A stretch of 63,780 nucleotides of DNA, counting the filler, from Octopus bimaculoides (taxonomy: Eukaryota): NCBI RefSeq assembly GCF_001194135.2. It is 6 parts of 6 records of this genome, joined end to end, with 100 filler letters (N's around TTAATTAATTAA, not from the genome) between each part and the next. Parts side by side here need not be neighbours in the genome. Positions count along the whole stretch, not along the records: positions 1 to 12,109 come from NC_069008.1; 5 more parts are not named here. One strand, written 5' to 3'. A program made the translations under genes and the position numbers. This document shows positions 1 to 11,044 of this stretch, one piece after another (within the stretch, counting starts at the first letter, position 1; each line of letters opens with the position of its first letter). The notes under the pieces are model-generated. The model worked only from the letters and a program-made list of their open reading frames with translations, was not told where the DNA came from and ran no database searches.

Positions 1-124
1 CTTGCCCAGTGTGCCAGCTATTATGCATAATCAGTATTTTAATTCTTATTATTATTGTTACTATTAATATTATTATTATTACTGTTATTATTATGATTTT
101 ATGTGTAGTGTTTTGTGTTCTGTG

Positions 125-260
125 TTCAAATTCCACTGTGTTTGACTTTGCCTTCCATCCTTCCAGGGTCAATAAATTAAGTACCAGTTGAACACTGGCG
201 TCAATGTAACCAACTATCCAACTCCCCCAAATTTCAGGATTTGTATCTATAGTAGAAAGG
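125..260 (+). mobile_element. SINE family A, 3' part, followed by (ATT)n tail
   Basis: Core ttcaaattcc...tttgccttccatccttccagggtcaataaattaagtaccag and end atagtagaaagg+(att)n, shared with many copies in the window. Confidence 0.8.
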
Positions 261-302
261 ATTATTATTATTATTATTATTATTATTTTTATTATTGTTA
301 TT

Positions 303-666
303 ATTCAGCAGTTTTAATTTTATAGCGTGCTTTCACTTCGCGCCTTGGCTATGTGCTGTGGTTTGCTGTGATGCTCTTATGGTTACTGTATTGAAAGTGT
401 TTTGCATAGGATGTGTGCAGTGCCCAGTAGTGCAATTTTCTGTATGTTATATATATTTGTAAGTCCTGGTGTTTTTGTTATGTATTTGTCTGAATATCTT
501 TTTATTATACCTAAGGCACCTACTATGATAGGAATTGTTTCTGTTTTTAGATTCCACATTCGAGTTACCTCTATTTCCAGGTCTTTGTATTCTGAAAGTT
601 TCTCCATTTCTTTTAGAGAAACGTTGTCATCTGCTGGTATTGATACATCAATTAGAAAGCATTTTT
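303..666 (-). mobile_element. R4/Dong-clade non-LTR retrotransposon 3' end (family R4-a, copy 1)
   Basis: Minus-strand translation KLSEYKDLEIEVTRMW...IPIIVGALG...IQKIALLGTAHIL is the typical C-terminus of R4-type restriction-like endonuclease ORFs; the 3' UTR runs into (AAT)n; cut by a gap at 667. Confidence 0.85.
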
Positions 667-1087
667 NNNNNNNNNNNNNNNNNNNNNNNNNNNNNNNNNN
701 NNNNNNNNNNNNNNNNNNNNNNNNNNNNNNNNNNNNNNNNNNNNNNNNNNNNNNNNNNNNNNNNNNNNNNNNNNNNNNNNNNNNNNNNNNNNNNNNNNNN
801 NNNNNNNNNNNNNNNNNNNNNNNNNNNNNNNNNNNNNNNNNNNNNNNNNNNNNNNNNNNNNNNNNNNNNNNNNNNNNNNNNNNNNNNNNNNNNNNNNNNN
901 NNNNNNNNNNNNNNNNNNNNNNNNNNNNNNNNNNNNNNNNNNNNNNNNNNNNNNNNNNNNNNNNNNNNNNNNNNNNNNNNNNNNNNNNNNNNNNNNNNNN
1001 NNNNNNNNNNNNNNNNNNNNNNNNNNNNNNNNNNNNNNNNNNNNNNNNNNNNNNNNNNNNNNNNNNNNNNNNNNNNNNNNNNNNNNN

Positions 1088-1282
1088 GAGCTGGCATAAT
1101 CTTTAGCATGCTGGGCAAAATGCTTTGCAGTATTTTGTCCATCTTCATGTTCTGAGTTCTAATTCCGCTGCGGTCAACTTTGCCTTTCATCCTTTTGGGA
1201 TCAATTAAATAAGTACCAGTTACACAATGGGGTCGATGTAATCAACTTAACCCCTTCCCCCAAATTCGAGGCCTTGTGCTTC
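1088..1282 (+). mobile_element. SINE family A
   Basis: tRNA-like head gagctggcataatctttagcatgctgggc, B-box-like gagttctaattcc, family A core. Confidence 0.85.
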
Positions 1283-1301
1283 CAGTAGAAGGGGTTATTA
1301 A

Positions 1302-1470
1302 GGCAGTGAGGTGGCAGAATAGTTAGCATGCCAGGCAAAATGCTTAGTGGCATTTCGTCAATCTGTACCTTCTAAGTTCAAATTCTGCTGAGGTTAATAA
1401 ATTAAGTACCAGTGAAACACTGGGGTTGATCTAATTGACTGGCTCCCTTCCCCTAAATTTTCAGGCCTTA
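1302..1470 (+). mobile_element. SINE family A, internally deleted
   Basis: Same head and 3' end as the adjacent copy; most of the core is missing. Confidence 0.75.
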
Positions 1471-1829
1471 TTACTATTATTATTATCATTATTTTTTTAC
1501 TTTTAATCTGCATGTTTGTTACAATCACTTGCCAAGACACGCCTGGCGTCCTGGGATGAGTGAAGGATAAGAGATATTACAGTATGACTGGAAACTTGGG
1601 GAGGGGAAGTCGCAGGGGCAGTAGGAAAATATCTTCATGTAATACAACACATACATTAGAGTTGCCATGAAGGGACATGCTCAACTGGTAAAGGTCAAAC
1701 AACTAACAAGCAAATCTGTGGTATTGGGAAGAATATTTGCTGTAGCCCATCTTTTATACTAGGACAAAACAATGTACATGATAACACTTCCAATCAGAAG
1801 CCATGAGAGCCACTGCCTAGTACTGCATC

Positions 1830-1925
<96 letters not shown>
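1830..1925. repeat. (ATT)n microsatellite
   Basis: Direct reading; it explains the poly-Ile ORF. Confidence 0.95.
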
Positions 1926-1926
<1 letters not shown>

Positions 1927-2034
1927 GACGTCGCACAGTATACAATATTGTGAGGTTGTTGATTGAAGATATTGTGGTTGGGAAGTAAGCTTCTTACCAC
2001 ACAACCACGTTTATACCTATTACATTCATTGTTT

Positions 2035-2415
2035 CATGATTGTGAGGTAAGAAGCTTACTTTCAAACCACATATTTCCGGGTTCAGTCCCACAGCATGAT
2101 ACCTTGGGCAATAGTCTTCTACAATAGCCTCAGGCCAACCAAATACTTGTGAATGGACTTGGTGGATGGAAACTGAAAGAAGGCCCTCACATGTGTGTGT
2201 GTCTTTGTGTCTGTGTTTGTCCCCCACCCCCACTTGACAACTGGTGTTGGTGTGTTTATGTCCTCATAACTTAGCAGTTCACCAAAAGACCGACAGAATA
2301 AGTACAGGGTTTAAAAGGAAAAAAAAACAGGTACTGGAGTTGATTCGTTTAACTAAAAGATTCTTGAAGGTGGTGCCCCAGCATGGCCACAGTCTGATGA
2401 CTATAAAAGAAAGAT
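2035..2415 (+). mobile_element. SINE family B
   Basis: Head gtaagaagctt...ccgggttcagtccc, central (TG)n, 3' ggtgccccagcatggccacagtc and A-rich aaaag tail. Confidence 0.85.
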
Positions 2416-2424
2416 GATATCTTC

Positions 2425-2640
2425 TATCTTTTACTTGTTTCAGTCATTTGACTATGGCCATGCTGGGGCAGCACCTCAAAAAGTTTAAATCAAACAAATT
2501 GACTCCAGGACATTTTTTTAAAGCCTAATATTTATTTTATTGGTCTATTTTGCCAAACTACTAAGTCAATGGGGATATAAACACGCCAACACCAGTTGTC
2601 AAGTGGTGGTGGGGATAAACACAAACACAAAGAGACACAC
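2425..2640 (-). mobile_element. SINE family B, 3' half
   Basis: tttacttgtttcagtcatttgactatggccatgctggggcagcacc is the reverse complement of the family B 3' end. Confidence 0.85.
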
Positions 2641-2659
2641 ACACACACACGTGTGTGTT

Positions 2660-2705
<46 letters not shown>

Positions 2706-3010
2706 AGTAAAAATAAATACAAAAAAGGTGGGGTTTTTTGTATGATTGTGTATAGAGGAATATATTATTTTGCTTAAAAGAGTTCCAACACTGTCTGTTT
2801 TTTATGTTTTATTTATATTCCTGCAGAACTAATGTGGGGTATAGAATATGGAATATACAATATATAATATGATATACAATATACAATATAAAATAAAATA
2901 AAATAAAAATGGATGGCACCATGAAAGAAAGTATTGAATGTAGATGAAATATTGAGTGTTCAATATAAAGGATCAAATATATAAATATATAAATATAAAT
3001 ATATATATAT

Positions 3011-3079
3011 AAAGGCGACTCGAGTTTCAGGGCTATTTCCCTTCGTCATGGCCGGTATGACAGACTTTAACAGACTGTG

Positions 3080-3082
<3 letters not shown>
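3011..3082 (-). ncRNA. Minimal type I hammerhead ribozyme motif in a 72-bp module between (TA)n tracts
   Basis: GGC-C(A)UGACGA-AGGG/aaauag/CCCU-GAA-ACUCGAGU-C^GCC; all three stems pair, GUC triplet, one extra A in the core. Confidence 0.75.
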
Positions 3083-3118
<36 letters not shown>

Positions 3119-3327
3119 TCTAAATGACAGAGAAATAGTTTGAGGAAATTATATTTAACAATAAGAAAACTCTAATATAACAACTAATTGTTTTGTAACT
3201 TAAAAACATGTAAATAATTCATATTATCATATTTAATGATAAATAAATTACTCTTCCACAATAGCCTCAGGCCGACCAAAGCCTTGTGAATGGATTTGGG
3301 ACTTCAAAATTGAAAGAAGGCCCTCAG

Positions 3328-3780
3328 GAGTAGCTGTGTGATAAGTAGCTTACTTGCCAACCACAGAGTTCCAGGTTCAGTCCCACTATGTGGTACCTTG
3401 GGCAAGTGTTTTCTACTATAGCCTCAGACCGACCAAAGCCTTGTGAGTGGATTTGGTAGACAGAAACTAAAAGAAGCCCATCGTATGTGTGTGTGNNNNN
3501 NNNNNTAGACAGAAACTAAAAGAAGCCCATCGTATGTGTGTGTGTGTGTCTGTGTCTGTGTCTGTGTCTGTGTGTCTGTCTGTATTTGTTCCCCACCATC
3601 GCTTGACAACCAATGTTGGTGCATTTATGTCCCCATAACTTAGCGGTTTGATAAAAGAGACCAATACAACAAGTACTAGGCTTACAAAGAATAAGTCCTG
3701 GAGTCAATTAGTTCGACTAAAGGTGGTGCTCCAGCATGGCCGCAGTCAAATGACTGAAACAAATAAAAGATTAAAAGAAT
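3328..3780 (+). mobile_element. SINE family B (partial extra copy at 3255-3320)
   Basis: Full head-(TG)n-tail organisation. Confidence 0.9.
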
Positions 3781-3807
3781 TCAGAATTCAAGCTCTGTCA
3801 AGCTAAG

Positions 3808-3925
3808 TTTTTGGTCAGCTCAAGGCTATAGTAGAAGATGCTTGCCCAAGGTGCCACACAGTGAGACTGAACCCGGAACCTGGAGCTACATGGTTGAGAA
3901 GCAAGCTTCTTACCACACAGCTATG
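3808..3925 (-). mobile_element. SINE family B, 5' half
   Basis: gcttgcccaaggtgccacacagtgagactgaacccggaacc is the reverse complement of the head. Confidence 0.8.
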
Positions 3926-4019
3926 GGTTATATGAAAATATATGAAAACTCAAATAAATGTTAATATGATCATACTTGTCTTCACATGTAACCTATTTAA
4001 ATTTGTAAGCAACAACGAA

Positions 4020-4432
4020 ATTCATCATCATCATTTCACATCCGTTTTCTATGCTGGCATGGGTTGGAGGGTTTGACTGGAGCTGGACAGCTGGTGAGCT
4101 GTCCAGGACCCATGTGTGTTTTGACATGGTTTCTATGGCTGGATGCCCATCCTAACGCCAACCACAATTTAGCCCATAAGATTAGGAATACTCAGCGGGA
4201 GAGGAATGCCGGAGCCAAGCCTGTATGCAAGAATGACCACACTTTTACTTAGCCTGACATGTCTTCTCAAGCACAGCAAACCACCAGGAGTCTCGGTCCC
4301 CTGTTATCCTCTCAGTGAGGCCCAACATCCGAAGATCCTTTTTCACCACTTCATCCCATATCTTCCTGGGTCTACCTCTTCCTATGTTCCTTCCACAATT
4401 AGAGATCAACACCTTTTGATGCAACTATCATC
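4020..4432 (-). mobile_element. RTE-clade LINE 3' end
   Basis: Minus-strand GRGRPRKIWDEVV...LGLT...AVLEKTCQAK* C-terminus, 3' UTR ending ccaacccatgccagcatagaaaacggatg+(gat)n. Confidence 0.8.
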
Positions 4433-4654
4433 ACAAAATCCATGCTAAAAGGTATTCGACCCAAACAAAGCCTTCAATCTTAGTATTTATTCCCCCTACA
4501 TCTATCATCTGGCTCATTGCTTGTCTCATTTGCTATTCATTTATGCTGAAAAGCAGACTGAAAGATCTTGATGATCTTGATGATCGATGAAAGCAAACAA
4601 TCTACTGGTCTCTGTAAATTTCTAGTGAAATGATTTACAGCATTCTGAGACAGA

Positions 4655-4866
4655 AAGGTGGTGAGCTGGCAGAGTCATTAGAATACCGGTTGAAATGCTT
4701 TGCAGCATTTTGTCTGTCTTCACATTCTAAGGTCAAATTCCACCAAAGTCAACATTGCCTTTCATCCTTTCGGGGTTGATAAAATAAATACCAGTTCAGT
4801 ACTGGAGTTGATGTAATCAACTATCCTCTCCCTCAAATTCCAGGTTTTGTGCCTATAGTAGAAAGG

Positions 4867-4868
<2 letters not shown>
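4655..4868 (+). mobile_element. SINE family A with (ATT)n tail to ~4925
   Basis: Head ggtggtgagctggcagagtc, core, tail gtgcctatagtagaaagg(att)n. Confidence 0.85.
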
Positions 4869-4902
<34 letters not shown>

Positions 4903-4920
4903 GTTTATTATTATTATTAT

Positions 4921-6550
4921 TATTCAGTAGTTTTATTTTTATAACGTGCTTTCACTTCACTACCGAGCGCAGCTCTGTGTGCCTTGGGTATGTGCTGTGG
5001 TTTGCTGTTATGCTCTTATGGTTACTGTATTGAAAGTGTTTTGCGTAGGATGTGTGCAGTACCCAGTAGTGCAATTTACTGTGTTATATATATTTGTAAG
5101 TCCTGGTGTTTTTGTTATGTATTTGTCTGAATATTTTTTCATTATACCTGAGGCACNNNNNNNNNNNNNNNNNNNNNNNNNNNNNNNNNNNNNNNNNNNN
5201 NNNNNNNNNNNNNNNNNNNNNNNNNNNNNNNNNNNNNNNNNNNNNNNNNNNNNNNNNNNNNNNNNNNNNNNNNNNNNNNNNNNNNNNNNNNNNNNNNNNN
5301 NNNNNNNNNNNNNNNNNNNNNNNNNNNNNNNNNNNNNNNNNNNNNNNNNNNNNNNNNNNNNNNNNNNNNNNNNNNNNNNNNNNNNNNNNNNNNNNNNNNN
5401 NNNNNNNNNNNNNNNNNNNNNNNNNNNNNNNNNNNNNNNNNNNNNNNNNNNNNNNNNNNNNNNNNNNNNNNNNNNNNNNNNNNNNNNNNNNNNNNNNNNN
5501 NNNNNNNNNNNNNNNNNNNNNNNNNNNNNNNNNNNNNNNNNNNNNNNNNNNNNNNNNNNNNNNNNNNNNNNNNNNNNNNNNNNNNNNNNNNNNNNNNNNN
5601 NNNNNNNNNNNNNNNNNNNNNNNNNNNNNNNNNNNNNNNNNNNNNNNNNNNNNNNNNNNNNNNNNNNNNNNNNNNNNNNNNNNNNNNNNNNNNNNNNNNN
5701 NNNNNNNNNNNNNNNNNNNNNNNNNNNNNNNNNNNNNNNNNNNNNNNNNNNNNNNNNNNNNNNNNNNNNNNNNNNNNNNNNNNNNNNNNNNNNNNNNNNN
5801 NNNNNNNNNNNNNNNNNNNNNNNNNNNNNNNNNNNNNNNNNNNNNNNNNNNNNNNNNNNNNNNNNNNNNNNNNNNNNNNNNNNNNNNNNNNNNNNNNNNN
5901 NNNNNNNNNNNNNNNNNNNNNNNNNNNNNNNNNNNNNNNNNNNNNNNNNNNNNNNNNNNNNNNNNNNNNNNNNNNNNNNNNNNNNNNNNNNNNNNNNNNN
6001 NNNNNNNNNNNNNNNNNNNNNNNNNNNNNNNNNNNNNNNNNNNNNNNNNNNNNNNNNNNNNNNNNNNNNNNNNNNNNNNNNNNNNNNNNNNNNNNNNNNN
6101 NNNNNNNNNNNNNNNNNNNNNNNNNNNNNNNNNNNNNNNNNNNNNNNNNNNNNNTCTTTAATATGTTGGCCTGGTAGTTCTTTGTAGGTAGGCATTGATC
6201 TTGGGCTGCTATGATAAACCCCTCTGTTTCTGATTTCAAGCCAGAGGCCATTAACCATTGGTGGGTAAGGGCTTTGTCAATATCTGCGTTATTCGCTCTC
6301 TTTGGGTATTTGCCATTGAGAGGTTTTCCATGCCATTTTTCAGTCATAATATCTAAGGCAGCAATTTTTGCACGGGTTTTCAAGTGCTTAGCTTTTTCTG
6401 CAGGTGTTTCTAGTTTGTCTAATTCTTGAATTTGTTGCAATTGGAATTCACTTAGATAGTCCTTTGCCTGTTTTGTTACTGAGTAAGATGCTTTCTTGCT
6501 TTCATGTTTTAAGACAAGTTTTAGCATCCAGTCCTCAGAGTTTTTCAGAT
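4921..6550 (-). mobile_element. R4/Dong-clade retrotransposon, 5'-truncated (family R4-a, copy 2; gap 5157-6154)
   Basis: HQWLMASGLKSETEGFIIAAQDQCLPTKNYQANILK motif upstream of the expected CCHC finger; 3' end about 90% identical to 303-520. Confidence 0.9.
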
Positions 6551-6590
6551 AATTATTATTATTATTATTGTTGTTGTTATTATTATTATT

Positions 6591-6840
6591 GTTTCTCTTT
6601 ATCACAGGTTTCATTGGAGCTCCTACAGTTTTTCATGCATACCGGGCTTGCTACCTGCAGCCTATGGTACCATGCTATCCATTCTTTTCAGATATCTAAT
6701 ACTTTCCTGTTTATTCTGGCCATGCCAAGGAGGCAAACTTTTTTAACTGGGCACTCTATTCCAATTTCCTTTGTACTGCTCTTGATGCCTTCTGGTACTG
6801 TTCCCAAGAACCCAACAATAATTAGCACTATCTTCACCTT
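6591..6840 (-). mobile_element. R4/Dong-clade retrotransposon 3' end, second family (R4-b)
   Basis: KVKIVLIIVGFLGTVPEGIK...KKVCLLGMARINRKVLDI* (stop 6688-6690), 3' UTR, then (AAT)n at 6551-6590. Confidence 0.75.
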
Positions 6841-7185
6841 CTTATATCACCCTAGGAAAGACACCCAGCATTACTCTGGATTAAAATGGCATAGTTTGTA
6901 TATATATATATATATATATATATTTTATATATTTTTTTATATATATTACAGTTATGCTGAAACAGGGTGATACGGAAAAGTGCAGCATTGATGACAAACC
7001 ATTTGTGAAGTAAATGGTTTGCTAATTCGACTAAGCAACATGTCACATGTCTGTTTGGAAGATTCCAGGCCCAAAACTGTCATGGAAAATCGGGGGTGGG
7101 GGGTATGTGATGTTTGAATGCACCAAAAAGCTGTCAGTGGATATACTCTCTTTTGCAGAGGTCGATGCCGCATCTAACATGACCC

Positions 7186-8806
7186 ATCAGCTGAAGTTTT
7201 GATACCTTCGGGTTTGTTGTCCTACATCACTCATAAAGTAAATTTGGAGGAACTTTGGTTGTTCATTTGTGGGTAACAGGGAACCAATGAGGTGATAGAC
7301 TTGCCCTTGAACTTTGAATGTCGGCATAAATCCATGTTCAACTATCTTCTCAGATGCACCAAATGATGTCATCTGAAATGCAGGGTTTTATTGCCTGATA
7401 TTGTTCAGGAAATTTTTTGACTGGACGGAAGTGCCTTCCAGAAGATCCATAAGTGGTTAACGAGGAGCTGGTAGTACTGGCAGTCTTACCTTAACACTTG
7501 AGCAGCACATGCCATGAGTGCCATTTGGAAATTTTAAAGATATGCCGAAATGACAATTTGAGTTTAGCACACCAATTTGGATGGAATTATCATTTGTATA
7601 AGAATGGGATGGATCATATCTGAAAGTAGCTCCAGGAGTTGTGTAGAACAAATTTTTATGTGTTCTGTTTCTGAGAGCTATTCTATTGGACCTCCGTCTA
7701 ATCATTAAAACATTGTTTTAATGATTCAGCATTAAGTGCTGTAGCATGCCTTTGCTGATCTTGGGAAAGTCTCATTTCCTTCTGTATTGATATTCCATCT
7801 TATGTGCCACAGTATCTCTTTGCTGATCTTGAGAAAGCCTCATCTCACTTCTGCCTGGACACTCCATTTCACATTTTGTGACATGCATTTTATGATATTG
7901 AGAAAGTCTCATCTCCCTTCTCTCTTGAGACTCTTGCCTTTGGTTTTCTGCAATCCTCGTTGTTTTATAATTGGTGAGGTTATGTCTTTTCTTTGGTGGC
8001 ATAATTTTTTCAATATTGTCAACGAAAAATTAATAACATAGAGAAAATTATACATTAATCTCTATTTTTGTAAGCAGTTGTGTGTATGTAGTATATCTAT
8101 ATTTTTATATGCAGTGTAAATTAACCAAATAAGTAATTCATGTATGAACTGCTAATTTTACAGTAAATGTCACAATAATGATTATAAATAAATTTCTTAA
8201 TATATATATAATAAGCACGTGTATTAAATGTTAAGTTAAGGGTAAGTATGTAATTGTAAGTATCCTGCAACTTTGCAACTGCTACGATAATCATTAACTG
8301 GTAATTGAGCAATAAATGTGTATTATTATACACCTTGGACCTGACACCCCATTGTTTTTTGTCAAGAGTTTCACCTCCAACTGTTTGCTATGTCAGTCAA
8401 CACACATACACTGACACATCATTCCACTGTCGAGGCTGTAAAGATGGAAAGTTGCCGATGTATAATGTTGTTCACCTTAGGATATAAATTATTCATTTAT
8501 TTCAAATATAATCGAAATAAGATGATCTTAGTGTTATCACATTAGAATTAAAAGTGAAAGAATAAAAGTGAAACAATATTATATCACATTACAATATAGA
8601 TCTTATTCTTTCCCTTTTGACATGTAATATCAAACCAGTACCAATGTTATATTGTTTTAATCCAAATGAAAAAAAATATATATATATATGTTGACACTCA
8701 TGGGGTCTGATACTATTACCTTGTAAAATTTGATTTGATTTGGTTGAGCCATTTGAGAATGCATAGGGAACAGACAGAGAGAGACAAAGAATTTCATATG
8801 TATAGA
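7186..8806 (-). mobile_element. Helitron 5' portion with disrupted Rep N-terminal coding region
   Basis: GMCCSSVKVRLPVLPAP and MTSFGA...FMPTFKVQGQVYHLIGSLLP...PKFLQIYF Helitron motifs; EMRLSQDQQR repeats; 5' end a|TCTATACATATG...GTCTGTTCC at ~8806; 3' CTRR end not found. Confidence 0.85.
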
Positions 8807-8879
8807 TGATGGAACTCAAAGTAGGTGAAACTACCAGTAATCACACAAAAATATTGGGGTAAAAAGCCCCTTGGGTGGA

Positions 8880-10148
8880 AAAAGTGAATGGTTGTCAATG
8901 ATACATGAACCCACAGCTTTGGTAAACATGATAAACATATCTCAAAATGAAGGCCAGTTTGAAGGCCCTAAACCTGAAGGCCAATCTCGAAATGCTGAAG
9001 ATTAAGGAGATGACAGGGGACTGAGATATGTGGTACATTGCTGTACTTGAGAAGACTCAGCAAGCACAACTGAATTAAGATCCTAAAACCAAGGTGCTGG
9101 ATGAAGAGCATTAGTGTGGGTGCTGGTGCCACATGAAATAGAATCTATCAACTGTCAGTGGGGTAAGCTAGAGGTAGTAGACAGCTTCTGTTACCTAGGT
9201 GACCATATTAGTAGCAGAGGTGGATGCTCCGAGAGTGCAGCTGCAAGAATAAGAATAAGTTGGGCTAAATTCAGAGAGCTCCGACCTCTGTTGGCAACAA
9301 AGGACCTCACCCTAAGAGTGATTTACAGATTGTACGATACCTGTGTGTACACAGCTCTGCTACGCAGCAGTGAAACATGGGCTGTGATGGCCGAAGACAT
9401 GCACAGGCTTGAAAGAAATGAAGCCAGTATGCTTTGCTGGATGTGCAGTGTCAGTGTGCATGTTCAACAGAGTGTAAGCATCTTGAGGAAAAAAGATGAG
9501 CATAAGAAGCATCAGATGTAGTGTGCAAGAGAGACGACTGCACTGGTTCAGTCATGTGATGCATATGGATGAGAACAGCTGTGTAAAGAAGTGCAGGTCT
9601 CTAATTATAGTTGGGCCTCACAGAGGCAATGACTAATGACTGAGACCTTTGGTGATATATCATTCTTGAGAAGACCTGTCAGCCCAAGTGAAATCAGAGT
9701 GGTTGCCAATGCTAGTGTCATGTAACTGGCATCCATATCGGTGGCATGTAAAAAGCACCTATTGAGCATTGGGCCTCACGGAGACAAGGTGGCCGATGCT
9801 GGTGGCATGTGAAAGGCACGTTTTGGGCATTGGGTCTAATGGAGGCAATGACAAACGACTGAGACCATTAGCATTATGCCATGCTGGAGAAGAAGACCCA
9901 TCAAGCCAAGTGAAATTGTAGTTGTGACAGATACTGGTGTCATGCGACTGGCATCTATGCCAGTTGCATGTAAAAGCACCCATTACACTCTCAGAGTGGT
10001 TAGCAATAGGAAGGGCAGCCACCTGTAGAAACATCACCAAAACAGACCAGAGTCTGGTGTAGCCTCCCCCCACCCCAGCTTCCTAGCTCTGGTCAAACTG
10101 TCCAACCAATGCCAGCATGGACGTTAAATGATGATGATGATGATGATG
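8880..10148 (+). mobile_element. RTE-clade LINE fragments ending in a (GAT)n tail
   Basis: LEVVDSFCYLGDHISSRGGCSESAAARIRISWAKFRELRPLL...SETWA (C-terminal to the RT core); 3' tgtccaaccaatgccagcatggacgttaaat(gat)n; a second RTE C-terminus at ~8980-9110. Confidence 0.9.
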
Positions 10149-10274
10149 TATATCCATCCAATCCAGGCCAGCATGGACAACAGATGTTAAATGGTGACGA
10201 TGATGATGACGACACATATATGTACATACAGACAACCTGTGTACATATATACACACTCATACATACACATACAA

Positions 10275-10319
<45 letters not shown>

Positions 10320-10339
10320 NNNNNNNNNNNNNNNNNNNN

Positions 10340-10386
<47 letters not shown>

Positions 10387-11005
10387 TATAAACATGTAAG
10401 ATAGAAACATCCTTCAAAATGTATAAGTATGCATGTATGTATTCATTGGATGTATGCGTGTATGTGAGAGAGAGTGTATGTGCATGTGTGTGTGTGCATA
10501 CACATATATACATACATACATACATGCATACATGCACACACACACACACACATATATGAATGTGTATATATGTATGTATGTATGTTTGTTTCTATCATCA
10601 ACACCAACACAACCACCTGCAGCAACAGTAATGTATATGTAGTATGAGGAAGATAAGCGAATCTATTTCAATTAAAAACATATAATGTGATATCCTAGTA
10701 TATTTTAAAAGATCAATAAAATGTTTTTGATTTTAGGTCTATGAGGATTGCCTTGAGACTAAACAGCCACAACAATACAATTAGTAAGAACAATATGACC
10801 ACCACACCATCAACAATATCAGACAACCATTGCTAACATCTAAGACAAAGCAACCCACATCATCACCATTATCAATCCACTAACTATTGAATCCATTTGG
10901 TGCATGAGTGTATGTGTCTATGTGTGCTTGAGTGTGTGTGTGTATGTATGTATGAATGTGTGTGTTTGTATATGAGTGTCTCTGTGTGTATGAGTATTTG
11001 TGTAT

Positions 11006-11044
<39 letters not shown>

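Noticed and set aside
5142-6614. 490-aa ORF with poly-Asn, and all long X-filled ORFs
   Set aside because: Length comes from N gaps; the Met and poly-Asn come from the R4-b UTR and (AAT)n junction
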